Assembly: GCA_965223845.1 (NCBI GenBank)
Contig: CBDCXR010000004.1
Location: 5,440,001 to 5,504,000 of the forward strand
DNA length: 64,000 nucleotides
Reading direction: 5' to 3'
DNA from: Planctomycetota bacterium
GTDB lineage: Bacteria; Planctomycetota; UBA8108; SXIK01
The notes beneath the pieces were generated by a model that was not told the DNA's origin, ran no database searches, and saw nothing but the letters and a program-made list of their open reading frames with translations. Within the stretch, counting starts at the first letter, position 1. Each line of letters starts with the position of its first letter. Positions 42,501 to 50,607 of this stretch are shown piece by piece. Made by a program: the position numbers and the translations under genes.

Positions 42501-44882
42501 GTGGAGGTCGAACTGCCACACGTTCTGAAACGCGACCGGGAGAAGAGCTGGATCTCCTGCGCGAGCGGGCGCGGTGAACTTCGTGAGTCGCTCCACACGT
42601 TCGGAGCTGCGCACGGGAATGGAGATCTTGCCGAAATCTACCGCAGTACAAATCTTCTCGAGATGGGAAACGTCGACATCACGCGAGCGGTTGAGAAAAA
42701 CGCTCACCGCATTCCCCTGACGATTCGTCGCGACGACGTCGGTGCGGCCATCGCCGTCGAGATCTCCCCCGCCCGCCCAGCGGATCTCTCCCCGCGCCTG
42801 AAGGAGAATCGGCGGCAGAAACTCGCCTCCAGGGGAGTTGAGGAGAACGCGGACCGCCGAGTCCGAAACGCTCCCGCCCACGATGTCTATGCGGCCGTCG
42901 CCGTCGACGTCGAGCGGCGTGATGCCGAAGAGATTGCTTCGAGTGCTCAAGAGCCCTCCGAGCTCGAACAGTCCGGCGCCCTGGTTCCAGATCAGATGGA
43001 TGCCGCCCCCTTGGAAGTCCGTCGCTGCGAGGTCCGGATCGCCGTCGCCGTCGAAGTCCGCCGAAGCGATCGCGAACGCGCCCCCGACGCGAATCGCGTT
43101 TCGCGAAACGAACTTCCGCGACTCGATCTGCTCGTTGAGGACGACCCCGGTACCGGTGACAACCGCGATGTCGGGAAGCCCATCGCCGGTCAGATCGCGG
43201 ACGACGTGGCTCCAGCCGTTCACACCCAAGCGTCCGATCGCCTCGTACTGAAAGTCCGGACCAAAGTACGTCCCGAGAGCTGGGCCCGAGGCGACGATGT
43301 CGCGCTCGCCGTCGAGATCGAGATCGATCGGGGTGACCACTTGGCTTCGAAAGCGTGTCGGCCCGCGCGTGAACCGACCTTGACCGTTGTTGAGAAGCAG
43401 AGTTCCGGTCTCCGGAGCGAAGATATCGACATCGCCGTCTGGCTCGAAGTCACCGATCTGAAAGAGATGAACGTCCGGAACCGAATAGCGCTCGGTAACC
43501 GCGATCTTTCCGGTGCCGTCGTTCATGAAGATCGCGATCGAGGGAGGCCGAATCGCCGCGGCGACGTCCTCGTCTCCGTCTCCGTCGAAGTCGGCGACCG
43601 CCCCCCAGTGCGCGAGCGAGATCGGATAGTGGACCGGCTCGAACTCGAGCACCCGAACCGGCGGCGCGTCGTGACGAGATTCGGCGTAAACGAGACCGTC
43701 CGTCACCGCGACGATGTCCGGTACGCCATCTCGGTTGATGTCGGCGCTGGCGGGCCGCGCAAGCGCGGTGGTCGTGAAGATCCCCGAATCGGCGAAGGAC
43801 TCGATCTCTCCCTCGGAATCGCCGCGAAGAAAACCGAGCCGGCGGTCGTTGCCAAGAGTAAGCGCGATGTCGAGGTCGCCGTCGAGATCCGCGTCGAAGA
43901 CCTTCGCACCCGTGGCGCGGTCGAGCTTGACCGAAGTCGAACCGGTAAAGCCGCCGGCGCCGTCTCCCAGGTACACTTCCGCGCGCGTCGTCGTGACGAC
44001 GACGAAGTCGAGGTCGCCGTCGCCATCCCAATCGGTCGGGATGAGCGTCTTCAGCGATCTCTCTCCGACGGGAAACGCCGCCCCTTCGGTGAATCGCCCC
44101 GCGCCGTCGCCGGCGTAGATCGTGACATCGTCTGAAGCGGTCGAGACGGCCGCCACGTCGATGAACTCGTCCCCGGTAAACTCACCGAGTGCGGTCATCG
44201 TCACGGCGTCCTTGACGGGAGTCTCGATCCCTTCGCCGAGCCCGTCTGGCCCCCCCGCAAAAAACGTGATGAAATCGGCGCGCCGAAGATTGATGAGAAC
44301 ATCATCGAATCCGTCGCCGTTGACATCACCGATCGACGTATCGCGCGGATCCGCCGAGAGCTCCAGCCGCGACTCCTCGCGCCAAAAGCTCTCGCCTTCC
44401 CCCGCGTTGTTCTCGAGGTAAATCGCTCCGAAACTCCCCCACACGACGAGATCGGAGTACCCGTCCCCGTTGACGTCTCCAGTGGCCATCTTCGACGGGC
44501 GCGCGGAGAGTTCCATGGTTTCCGCGCGAGTGAGCTCGCCGCTCGGATCACTCGTCCACGTGCGGATCAGACTCCCCTCGGCGGCACTCGCGAGTAGAAC
44601 TATGTCGGGAGAGTCGTCGCCGTTCGCGTTGGCCATGACGACTGCCGACGCGCGACTCTCCGCCGGGATGATCAGAGACTTTGCCCGGTACGCGATCGGC
44701 GTGCCTTGGCACTCGTCCGGAATCCCGTCCTCGTTGCAATCGGCACTCGTCGCGGCGGCGATATCGTCGTCGTCTTCGACGCCGTTCAGATTGCAATCCG
44801 CCGCGTCGAGGGTCGAAGCCGCGACGGCGAGACAGACCCCCAACCACGCCCCGCGGACACAGAGTGATGGACGACTCGTCAT
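39516..44882 (-). CDS. Secreted FG-GAP repeat / phosphohistidine + PPDK_N ATP-grasp (dikinase-like) / dockerin-like protein, paralog 1
   Basis: Signal peptide LDA-A; DCNxxG repeats; many DxDGDGxxD FG-GAP repeats; GELSHLAIRTARRGTP; FGGKATN; RFRSSSNVED..GAGLY; VWASLW; DVEFK..KQVRP; RGDTNIDGRVNLAD tail. Start ATG 44882. Confidence 0.85.
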   Translation of the reverse strand: MTSRPSLCVRGAWLGVCLAVAASTLDAADCNLNGVEDDDDIAAATSADCNEDGIPDECQGTPIAYRAKSLIIPAESRASAVVMANANGDDSPDIVLLASAAEGSLIRTWTSDPSGELTRAETMELSARPSKMATGDVNGDGYSDLVVWGSFGAIYLENNAGEGESFWREESRLELSADPRDTSIGDVNGDGFDDVLINLRRADFITFFAGGPDGLGEGIETPVKDAVTMTALGEFTGDEFIDVAAVSTASDDVTIYAGDGAGRFTEGAAFPVGERSLKTLIPTDWDGDGDLDFVVVTTTRAEVYLGDGAGGFTGSTSVKLDRATGAKVFDADLDGDLDIALTLGNDRRLGFLRGDSEGEIESFADSGIFTTTALARPASADINRDGVPDIVAVTDGLVYAESRHDAPPVRVLEFEPVHYPISLAHWGAVADFDGDGDEDVAAAIRPPSIAIFMNDGTGKIAVTERYSVPDVHLFQIGDFEPDGDVDIFAPETGTLLLNNGQGRFTRGPTRFRSQVVTPIDLDLDGERDIVASGPALGTYFGPDFQYEAIGRLGVNGWSHVVRDLTGDGLPDIAVVTGTGVVLNEQIESRKFVSRNAIRVGGAFAIASADFDGDGDPDLAATDFQGGGIHLIWNQGAGLFELGGLLSTRSNLFGITPLDVDGDGRIDIVGGSVSDSAVRVLLNSPGGEFLPPILLQARGEIRWAGGGDLDGDGRTDVVATNRQGNAVSVFLNRSRDVDVSHLEKICTAVDFGKISIPVRSSERVERLTKFTAPARAGDPALLPVAFQNVWQFDLHLEFLRETFPERFDGLTFEVYEQLVSRRATRDYFIGNLYQLRIDSKRLYGFHVITGYDADARELPRRDEVAALYAQLEPLLPLGELVYFPADEATRENAESWGDVDFPVVFEEFTSGVEFIPYTSGVAYGRVRVLDADGFRALNEAGGISFQEILVLERSPRDIEGVIGGVITGEPQGELSHLAIRTARRGTPNAFVRNAAAAFAAHDGELVRLEVTDETYTVGRANVEEAERWWRENRKQLSVAPEIDLEYSDLTGLEAIAAQAELGNAVRRFGGKATNFAVMQTVMTGEFERYRARGFAIPIQPYLEFMESNRIPSYLDEGREVSYAEYVAELLDDNEFRTSPAFRFDALKNLREHIENESVVDGSLVRRIALKIATEFGSTQNAVRFRSSSNVEDALEFNGAGLYASTSGCAADDLDADANGPSHCDAARRDERGVARALRIVWASLWNFRAFEEREFFSVPQDRVGMGILVSRAFSSERANGVAFTGNPLDVLDERFIITAQIGERSVVSPEPGEIPEKTLLSLENGEVIDIERSASSSLTAPGESVLDDEQLRELGRLLSHLEAEFPLDLGDKNPLSIMLDVEFKIDQEGALAVKQVRPFLSNAEVPPTPTLFVDVPEDLDLCGAFVVGRKPQETYELKSRIRLPAGEYELPTTQRITHYDLVESVEFGPERVLGEPASPGRFRFSRIGTPASPVFEFDYEQSFLLPDGRELILRFSRLRFGVPARNGAGSRRTLSDLLASGLVSVDATLEEENQAPLAVEYRSCTYDTLPLWHVEVLTEEGPRFRMTERFAPVEDITATGPAALVKAELILDAESEELMVVEDYWRLVYTAGRHNLGVRYWVLLDEPVPMDGLPEPVAVVEIAVPDELFDTQEVFYLNEQFARIGQGTVTDESRRQISRSKEYVRGDTNIDGRVNLADAMRLLGHLFQGEPAPQCQKTADANDDESINLSDAISILQHLFGGVEMPSPSICGPDPTPDLLGCTRYVCRN

Positions 44883-44991
44883 AGCGCGGCCCCCCGCTGG
44901 TTGCGCCGGCATCGTCACCCGCGGCCTCCCGAACCCTTCGCCTCCACTGTGACCGCGGCGCGCGGGTCTCGCCATCAGATTTCGCGCTCGG

Positions 44992-47900
44992 TCAGGGAAT
45001 CCGCGGGCAGTCGTAGCGCCGGCAGTCGAGTCGATCCGGGGTCGGGTCCGGCTCACACCCGGACGGAGGCGGCATCGGAACGCCGCCGACGAGATGCTGA
45101 ATGATCGCGAGCGCGTCGGAGATGTTGACCGCCGCATCGTCGTTTGCGTCGGCCGTCTTGAGGCACAGAGGCTCGCGCTCCGGGCCGAACAGATGGCCGA
45201 GAAGGTAGATCGCGTCGCTGAGATTCACCGATCCGTCGGCCGTCGCGTCGCCGCGCACGAAACTCGCCTGGACGCTGAGCTCTCGACGAATCGACGAGCG
45301 AACCGCCGCCTCTCGAACGAGTTGGAAGCGCTCGCCGAGGTACCGCACTCTTCCGCGAGGAAAGAGTTCATCGGGGACGGAGACGTCGATGAATGCGATC
45401 GGACCTCCGATTCCCGACACGGTCACGGGTTCCTCGAGGACGATCCAATACCGCACGCCGAGGTTGTGACGGCCGGCAGTGTAGACAAGCCGCCAGTAGT
45501 CGCGAACGGTCTGCCTTTCGTGCCCGCGGAACTGAATCTCCGCCTCGACGAGCTCCGCGAGTCCCGTCTCCTCGATGTTCTCCTTCGGCTCGAAGCGTTC
45601 GGTAAAGACGAAGCGATCCGCGGCGTCTGTCGTCACCTGAACTAGCCAGAGAGGTAGAAAATCGTACGAGCACGAACGAAAGGAGAGCGCGAGCGGCGGT
45701 TCGCCCGCCTCGGCAACGACACCGTCGAAGAGAACTGAACGAGAGAGGCGCTCATCGGAAAGCTCGAGCGGGCGGCGAGCGACACCCTCTCTCGGAAGGG
45801 CGAACTCGAGACCGCTCAGACTGAGCGCGAGCTCGCGGCCGTCGTCGAACCGAAGCGTCTGCTCGTACTCGAAACGAAAGCGCGGTGCCCCCGTAGTTCC
45901 GACACGCGCGAGGCGAAACAGTCCGGGGCCGAGCGGCTCTCCCCGGGCGCGATTCTGTCCGAGCTCGACCGAGAGGACGAGATCGTGCTGGATCGTCCGC
46001 TGCGATGTCGGAAGCGAGAACTCGCCCGCGCGGAGTCGGAGACGACCCTTCAGCTCGTACGCGGCTCGCGGGTCGCGACCGACGACGAAGGCGCCGCAGA
46101 GCTCCGTGCCGGGCGGGATCGCGATGGAAAACGTCGGGCTCGGCGGCGCCTCGACGTTCGACAGAAACGGGCGCACTTGCTTCACCGCGAGCGCTCCCTC
46201 GCGGTCGATCTTGAACTCGACGTCGAGGAGGACGCGAGCGGGATCCACTTCGCCGAGCTCGAGCGGGAACGTCTCGACGAGGTGGGCAAGAAGTCGGCCG
46301 AGCTCGCGGAGCTGGTCGTCGGTGAGAACGGGATCACCCGGTGCGGCGAGAGACGACGGCGCCGAACGCTCGATGTTCGTCACTTCGCCCGCGGTCACCT
46401 CGAGAAGCGTTCGCTCTGGGATTTCCCCGGGCTCCGGACTCACGACACTCCGCTCGCCGACTTGCGCCGTCACGATGTAGCGGCCATCGAGAAGGTCGAG
46501 AGGATTCCCGGTCAGCGCGACGCCGTTCGCGCGCTCGTCCTGGAACGCCTTGCTCACGAGAATTCCCATTCCGACCCGATCGTGATCGACCGAGAAAAAC
46601 TCGCGCTCCTCGAAGGCGCGAAAGTTCCACAAACTCGCCCAGACTACGCGGAGCGCTCGTGCGATTCCGCGTTCGTCGCGCCTCGACGCATCGCAGCGCG
46701 ATGGACCATTTGCGTCCGCATCGAGATCATCGGCCGCGCAACCCGACGTCGACGCGTAAAGACCCGCCCCACTGAACTCGAGTGCGTCCTCGACGTTCGA
46801 CGAGGAGCGGAATCGCACCGCCGCTTCCGTCGCTCCGAACTCGGTTGCGACCTTGAGCGCAACGCGGCGGACAAACGCGGGGTCGACGACCCCGTTCTCG
46901 ACCATCTCCTCGCGAAGAACGCGGAGCGCGCTAAAGCGATACGCGGGATCCGTGCGAAATCGATCGTCGACGAGGAGCTCAGCGACGAACTCCGCGTAGG
47001 ACACATCGCGCGTCTCGTCGATGAACGAGGGACGGCGGTTCTCGCGCATGAAGTCGAGATAGTGCCGCATCGGGATCGCGAACCCGCGCGCGCGGTAGTG
47101 CTCGAAATCGCCCGTGAGCGCGGTCTGAAGCTTCGCGAAATTCGCAGCCTTTCCGCCGAAGCGACTCTCGGCGACTCCGGTCGCGGCCTGGATCGCGATC
47201 TCCGCTAACGAATCGAGCGATTCGTACTCTTCGTCGAGGTTCGGGTCCGTCGACAGTTTGCGCCGGTTCTCTTCCCACCAGCGCTCCGCCTCGTCGACGC
47301 TCGCTCGATCGATCGAGTATCCGTCCTCCGTGACTTCGAGACGGATGAGCTCGCCATCGAGCTCGGCGAACGCCTGAGCTGCGCCCCGAACGAACGCGTT
47401 CGGCGTCCCGCGCCGCGCGGTTCGGATCGCAAGGTGGCTCAACTCGCCTTGAGCCTCCGCGGTGATCACTCCGCCGACGACACCTTCGATGTCGCGCGGC
47501 GAGCGCTCGAGGACGAGGATCTCCTGAAAGCTGAACTCTCCCGCGTCGTTCGCCGCGACAAACTCGGCCGCGTCGAGAACGCGGACGCGGCCGAACGTGA
47601 CGCCGGTCGTGTACGGGATGAATTCAACTCCCGAATTGATCTCGGCAAAGTGAATCGGAAACTCGACCTCACCCCAACCCTCGGCATTCTCGCGCGTGGC
47701 GGCGTCCGCCGGGAAGTAGACGAGCGGCCCGAGGGGAAGTAGCGGCGCCAGCCTCGCGTAGAGATCGGCGATTTCCTCGCGCCGGGGAAGCTCGCGAGGA
47801 TCGGCATCGTAACCCGCGATGACGTGAAAACCGTAGCTGCGCCCGACGTCCGTGCGGATTTGATAGACGTTTCCTATGAAGTACTCTCGCGTCGCGCGGC

Positions 47901-50355
47901 GGGAAACGAGTCCTTCGTACTCGCCCGGCGTCAGAGCACCGAATCGATCGGGAAACGTCTCCTTGAGGAATTCGAGATGGAGATCGAATCTCCAGACGTT
48001 CTGAAAAGCGACGGGGAGGAGAGCCGCATCGCCGCTCCGAACGGGTGCGATGAACTTCGTGACGCGCTCGATCGTGCTCGATCCATGCACCGGGATCGAG
48101 ATCGAGCTGAAGTCGAGCTCGGTGCAGATTTCCGTCCGGTGCGACACGTGCACGTTGCGCGTCCGGTTGAGGAACACGCTCACGGCGCTTCCTCTGCGAT
48201 TGGCGACGACGATGTCGCTCCGGCCGTCACCGTCCATGTCGCCGGGTCCGGCCCAGCGGGGCTCGCCGGGAACGGGAATGCGGACCGGCGGTTGAAATCC
48301 GCCGTTCACTCCGCCGAGGAACACGCGGACGAGATCATCGCCGATGCTCGCCGCAACGAGATCCGTACGCCCATCGCCGTTGGCCTCGAATGGCCTGATC
48401 CCGAACACGCCAGGGATGCGATGGGGCACGAGCTCAACGATCCACTCGAGCGCGCCCTCGTTCCACAAAAGAGTGAGATCACCGGATTCGACGTCCGACG
48501 AAATGAGGTCGACGTCGCCGTCGCGATCGAAATCCGCAGACGCGAGATGAGTCGCGCCACTGACCGGGACCTGGTGCCGCACGACGAATCGGCGAGCCTC
48601 GGTCTGCTCGAACACGAACACGGTCGACCCTCGGATGGTTGCCAGGTCAGCGAGCTCGCTTCCCAGGAGGTCGTCCGCAACTAGCGCCAACTCACGCGCA
48701 CCGAAGCTCGCGATCTCGCTGTACTCGAGCTCCGGACCGTATCGGACGCCGAGCCCGGGCGCGGCGCTGGCGATGTCCACGTGACCGTCCCGGTCCACGT
48801 CGAGGACTCGGACGATTCGGCCGCTGAACACCCTGCGCTCGAGCTCGAAGACACCCGAGCCATCGTTCAGAAAGACAGAAGACGCCTCCGGAACGAGAAG
48901 ATCGAGATCCCCATCGAAATCGATGTCGACGATCTGGAAGAAGTGCACCGAGTCGACGGAGTACGATTCGATCGGCCTTAGATTCCCCGCACCGTCGTTC
49001 CGGTAGACTTGAAGCGCTGGAGGTCGAATCGCGGCGACCACATCGAGATCACCGTCGCCGTCGAGGTCGCCGGTCTCCCCCCAATGAGCGAGCTCAATCG
49101 GGTAGTGGGTCGGGTCGAACTCGAGGGGAGTCACCGGCGCGGCGTTGCCGCTCGACGTCGCGAGCGAGACGCCGCGCCCGAGGACCGCAACTTCCGGAAC
49201 TCCATCACCATTCAAGTCGGCGCTCGCCGGTGAAGTGAACGCCGCGTCCGAGGACAAGCCGCTGTCGACCAGGGATTCGATCGTCGATGCGTTCCCATTG
49301 CGAAGAAAGGAAAGCCGCCGGCTGCCGCCCGAGGTGATCGCGATGTCGGGGTCGCCGTCGTGATCGACGTCGAAAACGTCCGCGCCGGTGGCTCGCTCGA
49401 GCGGCACTGCCCCCGAGCTGCGAAAATTCCCGGCGCCATCGCCGCGATAGACCTCCGCGCGATCGAACGTGACGAGAGCGAGATCGAGCGCTCCGTCTCG
49501 GTCCCAGTCGACGGGCCGAAGCGTCTTGATCGCCGTCGGGCCGATCGGAAACGCGGTGTGTTCGACGAAACCCCCGTTTCCGAGCGAAGCGTAGATCGTC
49601 ACGTCGTCCGAAACCGTCGACACCGCGGCGACGTCCAGGCGCTCGTCGCCCGTGAACTCACCGAGAGCGGTAAACGTGACGCCCTCCTTGATCGGTGTGG
49701 CCACAGGCTCGCCGGGCCCTCCTGCCGTACCCGGAACGAACGCGAGCTCGCCCGTGCGGCGAGTGCTAGCGACCCAATCGACAAAACCGTCGCCTTCGAC
49801 GTCGCCCGTGACGATCCACTGCGGAGACTCGGGAGTCGTGACGAGCATCGCTTCGCGAAAGAAATGCTCGGAGTCGCCGGCCGTATTCTCGACGTATCTC
49901 GCGCCGAAGGATCCGTAGACGACGATGTCGTCGAGGCGATCGCCGTTGAAGTCTCCGACGGCCATCTTCCTCGGGGCGTCGGAGAGCTTGATCGCGTCCG
50001 CGCGCGAGAGACGGCCGCTCGCGTCACTCGTCCATACGTCGAGGCGGGACTCGCCTCCTTCGGTCGTGAGCACGATGAGGTCTGCGTGTGCGTCCGCGTC
50101 TACGCGTCCGAACGCGATGGCGTTCGCCTTGATCTCGCCCGGAAGAGGGGTCTCGAGCTCGTACGGAGTCGGCGTGCCCTGACACTCGTCGGGAACGAGG
50201 TCGCCGTTACAGTCTTCGATCGTCCCATCGGCGATGTCTTGAACATCGCTGATGCCGTTTAGATTGCAGTCGGCCGCCCATGCGACCGCAGCGAGACCCA
50301 CGAAACACCACACCCCGGCAACCCGTGACACTCGGAATCCGTGACGATGCGTCAT
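44992..50355 (-). CDS. Secreted FG-GAP / dikinase-like / dockerin-like protein, paralog 2
   Basis: Same architecture and motifs as paralog 1 (SHLAIRTARRGTP, FGGKAANF, RSSSNVED, KQVRPF); signal peptide AWA-A. Confidence 0.85.
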   Translation of the reverse strand: MTHRHGFRVSRVAGVWCFVGLAAVAWAADCNLNGISDVQDIADGTIEDCNGDLVPDECQGTPTPYELETPLPGEIKANAIAFGRVDADAHADLIVLTTEGGESRLDVWTSDASGRLSRADAIKLSDAPRKMAVGDFNGDRLDDIVVYGSFGARYVENTAGDSEHFFREAMLVTTPESPQWIVTGDVEGDGFVDWVASTRRTGELAFVPGTAGGPGEPVATPIKEGVTFTALGEFTGDERLDVAAVSTVSDDVTIYASLGNGGFVEHTAFPIGPTAIKTLRPVDWDRDGALDLALVTFDRAEVYRGDGAGNFRSSGAVPLERATGADVFDVDHDGDPDIAITSGGSRRLSFLRNGNASTIESLVDSGLSSDAAFTSPASADLNGDGVPEVAVLGRGVSLATSSGNAAPVTPLEFDPTHYPIELAHWGETGDLDGDGDLDVVAAIRPPALQVYRNDGAGNLRPIESYSVDSVHFFQIVDIDFDGDLDLLVPEASSVFLNDGSGVFELERRVFSGRIVRVLDVDRDGHVDIASAAPGLGVRYGPELEYSEIASFGARELALVADDLLGSELADLATIRGSTVFVFEQTEARRFVVRHQVPVSGATHLASADFDRDGDVDLISSDVESGDLTLLWNEGALEWIVELVPHRIPGVFGIRPFEANGDGRTDLVAASIGDDLVRVFLGGVNGGFQPPVRIPVPGEPRWAGPGDMDGDGRSDIVVANRRGSAVSVFLNRTRNVHVSHRTEICTELDFSSISIPVHGSSTIERVTKFIAPVRSGDAALLPVAFQNVWRFDLHLEFLKETFPDRFGALTPGEYEGLVSRRATREYFIGNVYQIRTDVGRSYGFHVIAGYDADPRELPRREEIADLYARLAPLLPLGPLVYFPADAATRENAEGWGEVEFPIHFAEINSGVEFIPYTTGVTFGRVRVLDAAEFVAANDAGEFSFQEILVLERSPRDIEGVVGGVITAEAQGELSHLAIRTARRGTPNAFVRGAAQAFAELDGELIRLEVTEDGYSIDRASVDEAERWWEENRRKLSTDPNLDEEYESLDSLAEIAIQAATGVAESRFGGKAANFAKLQTALTGDFEHYRARGFAIPMRHYLDFMRENRRPSFIDETRDVSYAEFVAELLVDDRFRTDPAYRFSALRVLREEMVENGVVDPAFVRRVALKVATEFGATEAAVRFRSSSNVEDALEFSGAGLYASTSGCAADDLDADANGPSRCDASRRDERGIARALRVVWASLWNFRAFEEREFFSVDHDRVGMGILVSKAFQDERANGVALTGNPLDLLDGRYIVTAQVGERSVVSPEPGEIPERTLLEVTAGEVTNIERSAPSSLAAPGDPVLTDDQLRELGRLLAHLVETFPLELGEVDPARVLLDVEFKIDREGALAVKQVRPFLSNVEAPPSPTFSIAIPPGTELCGAFVVGRDPRAAYELKGRLRLRAGEFSLPTSQRTIQHDLVLSVELGQNRARGEPLGPGLFRLARVGTTGAPRFRFEYEQTLRFDDGRELALSLSGLEFALPREGVARRPLELSDERLSRSVLFDGVVAEAGEPPLALSFRSCSYDFLPLWLVQVTTDAADRFVFTERFEPKENIEETGLAELVEAEIQFRGHERQTVRDYWRLVYTAGRHNLGVRYWIVLEEPVTVSGIGGPIAFIDVSVPDELFPRGRVRYLGERFQLVREAAVRSSIRRELSVQASFVRGDATADGSVNLSDAIYLLGHLFGPEREPLCLKTADANDDAAVNISDALAIIQHLVGGVPMPPPSGCEPDPTPDRLDCRRYDCPRIP

Positions 50356-50607
50356 GCGGGCCCTCCGATGCTTTCGGGCGGAAAGGTCGACCCGGACTCA
50401 CCGGTCCACTTTGACCGCTGTTTCGAAGCGGGGCCAGGAGTATTCGGCTTCAGAGACCGAGTCCAGCTCCACCGGCTGACGGGCCCGGGACGGGCACGCC
50501 AGGATTCCGGGCAGGCTGAGCTCGAACTGTCGTTCCCTTCAACAGAGCCCGAAGTCGACGGAGCGCTTCGGGATCCGTCGATCGGCCCCTTTTTCGGAGG
50601 ACGACCC

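Noticed and set aside
41220-44135. Long alternative-frame ORFs (e.g. 41220-44135 +, 12418-14433 +, 20157-22133 -, 28242-29999 -, 59819-61699 -, 7359-9011 +)
   Set aside because: These are shadow ORFs expected in high-GC DNA. They overlap well-supported genes, are Arg/Ala-rich and carry no motifs.
44883-45137. Long N-terminal extensions in the ORF track (also 7090-8025, 16110-16469, 26925-27350, 50341-50607, 58282-58776)
   Set aside because: They overlap neighbouring genes or intergenic DNA. Downstream starts fit better with RBS, signal peptide or domain boundaries.
39516-50355. Annotation as ordinary PEP synthase / pyruvate phosphate dikinase
   Set aside because: The domain order is reversed, there is no pyruvate-binding barrel, and signal peptides, FG-GAP repeats and dockerin-like tails are present.
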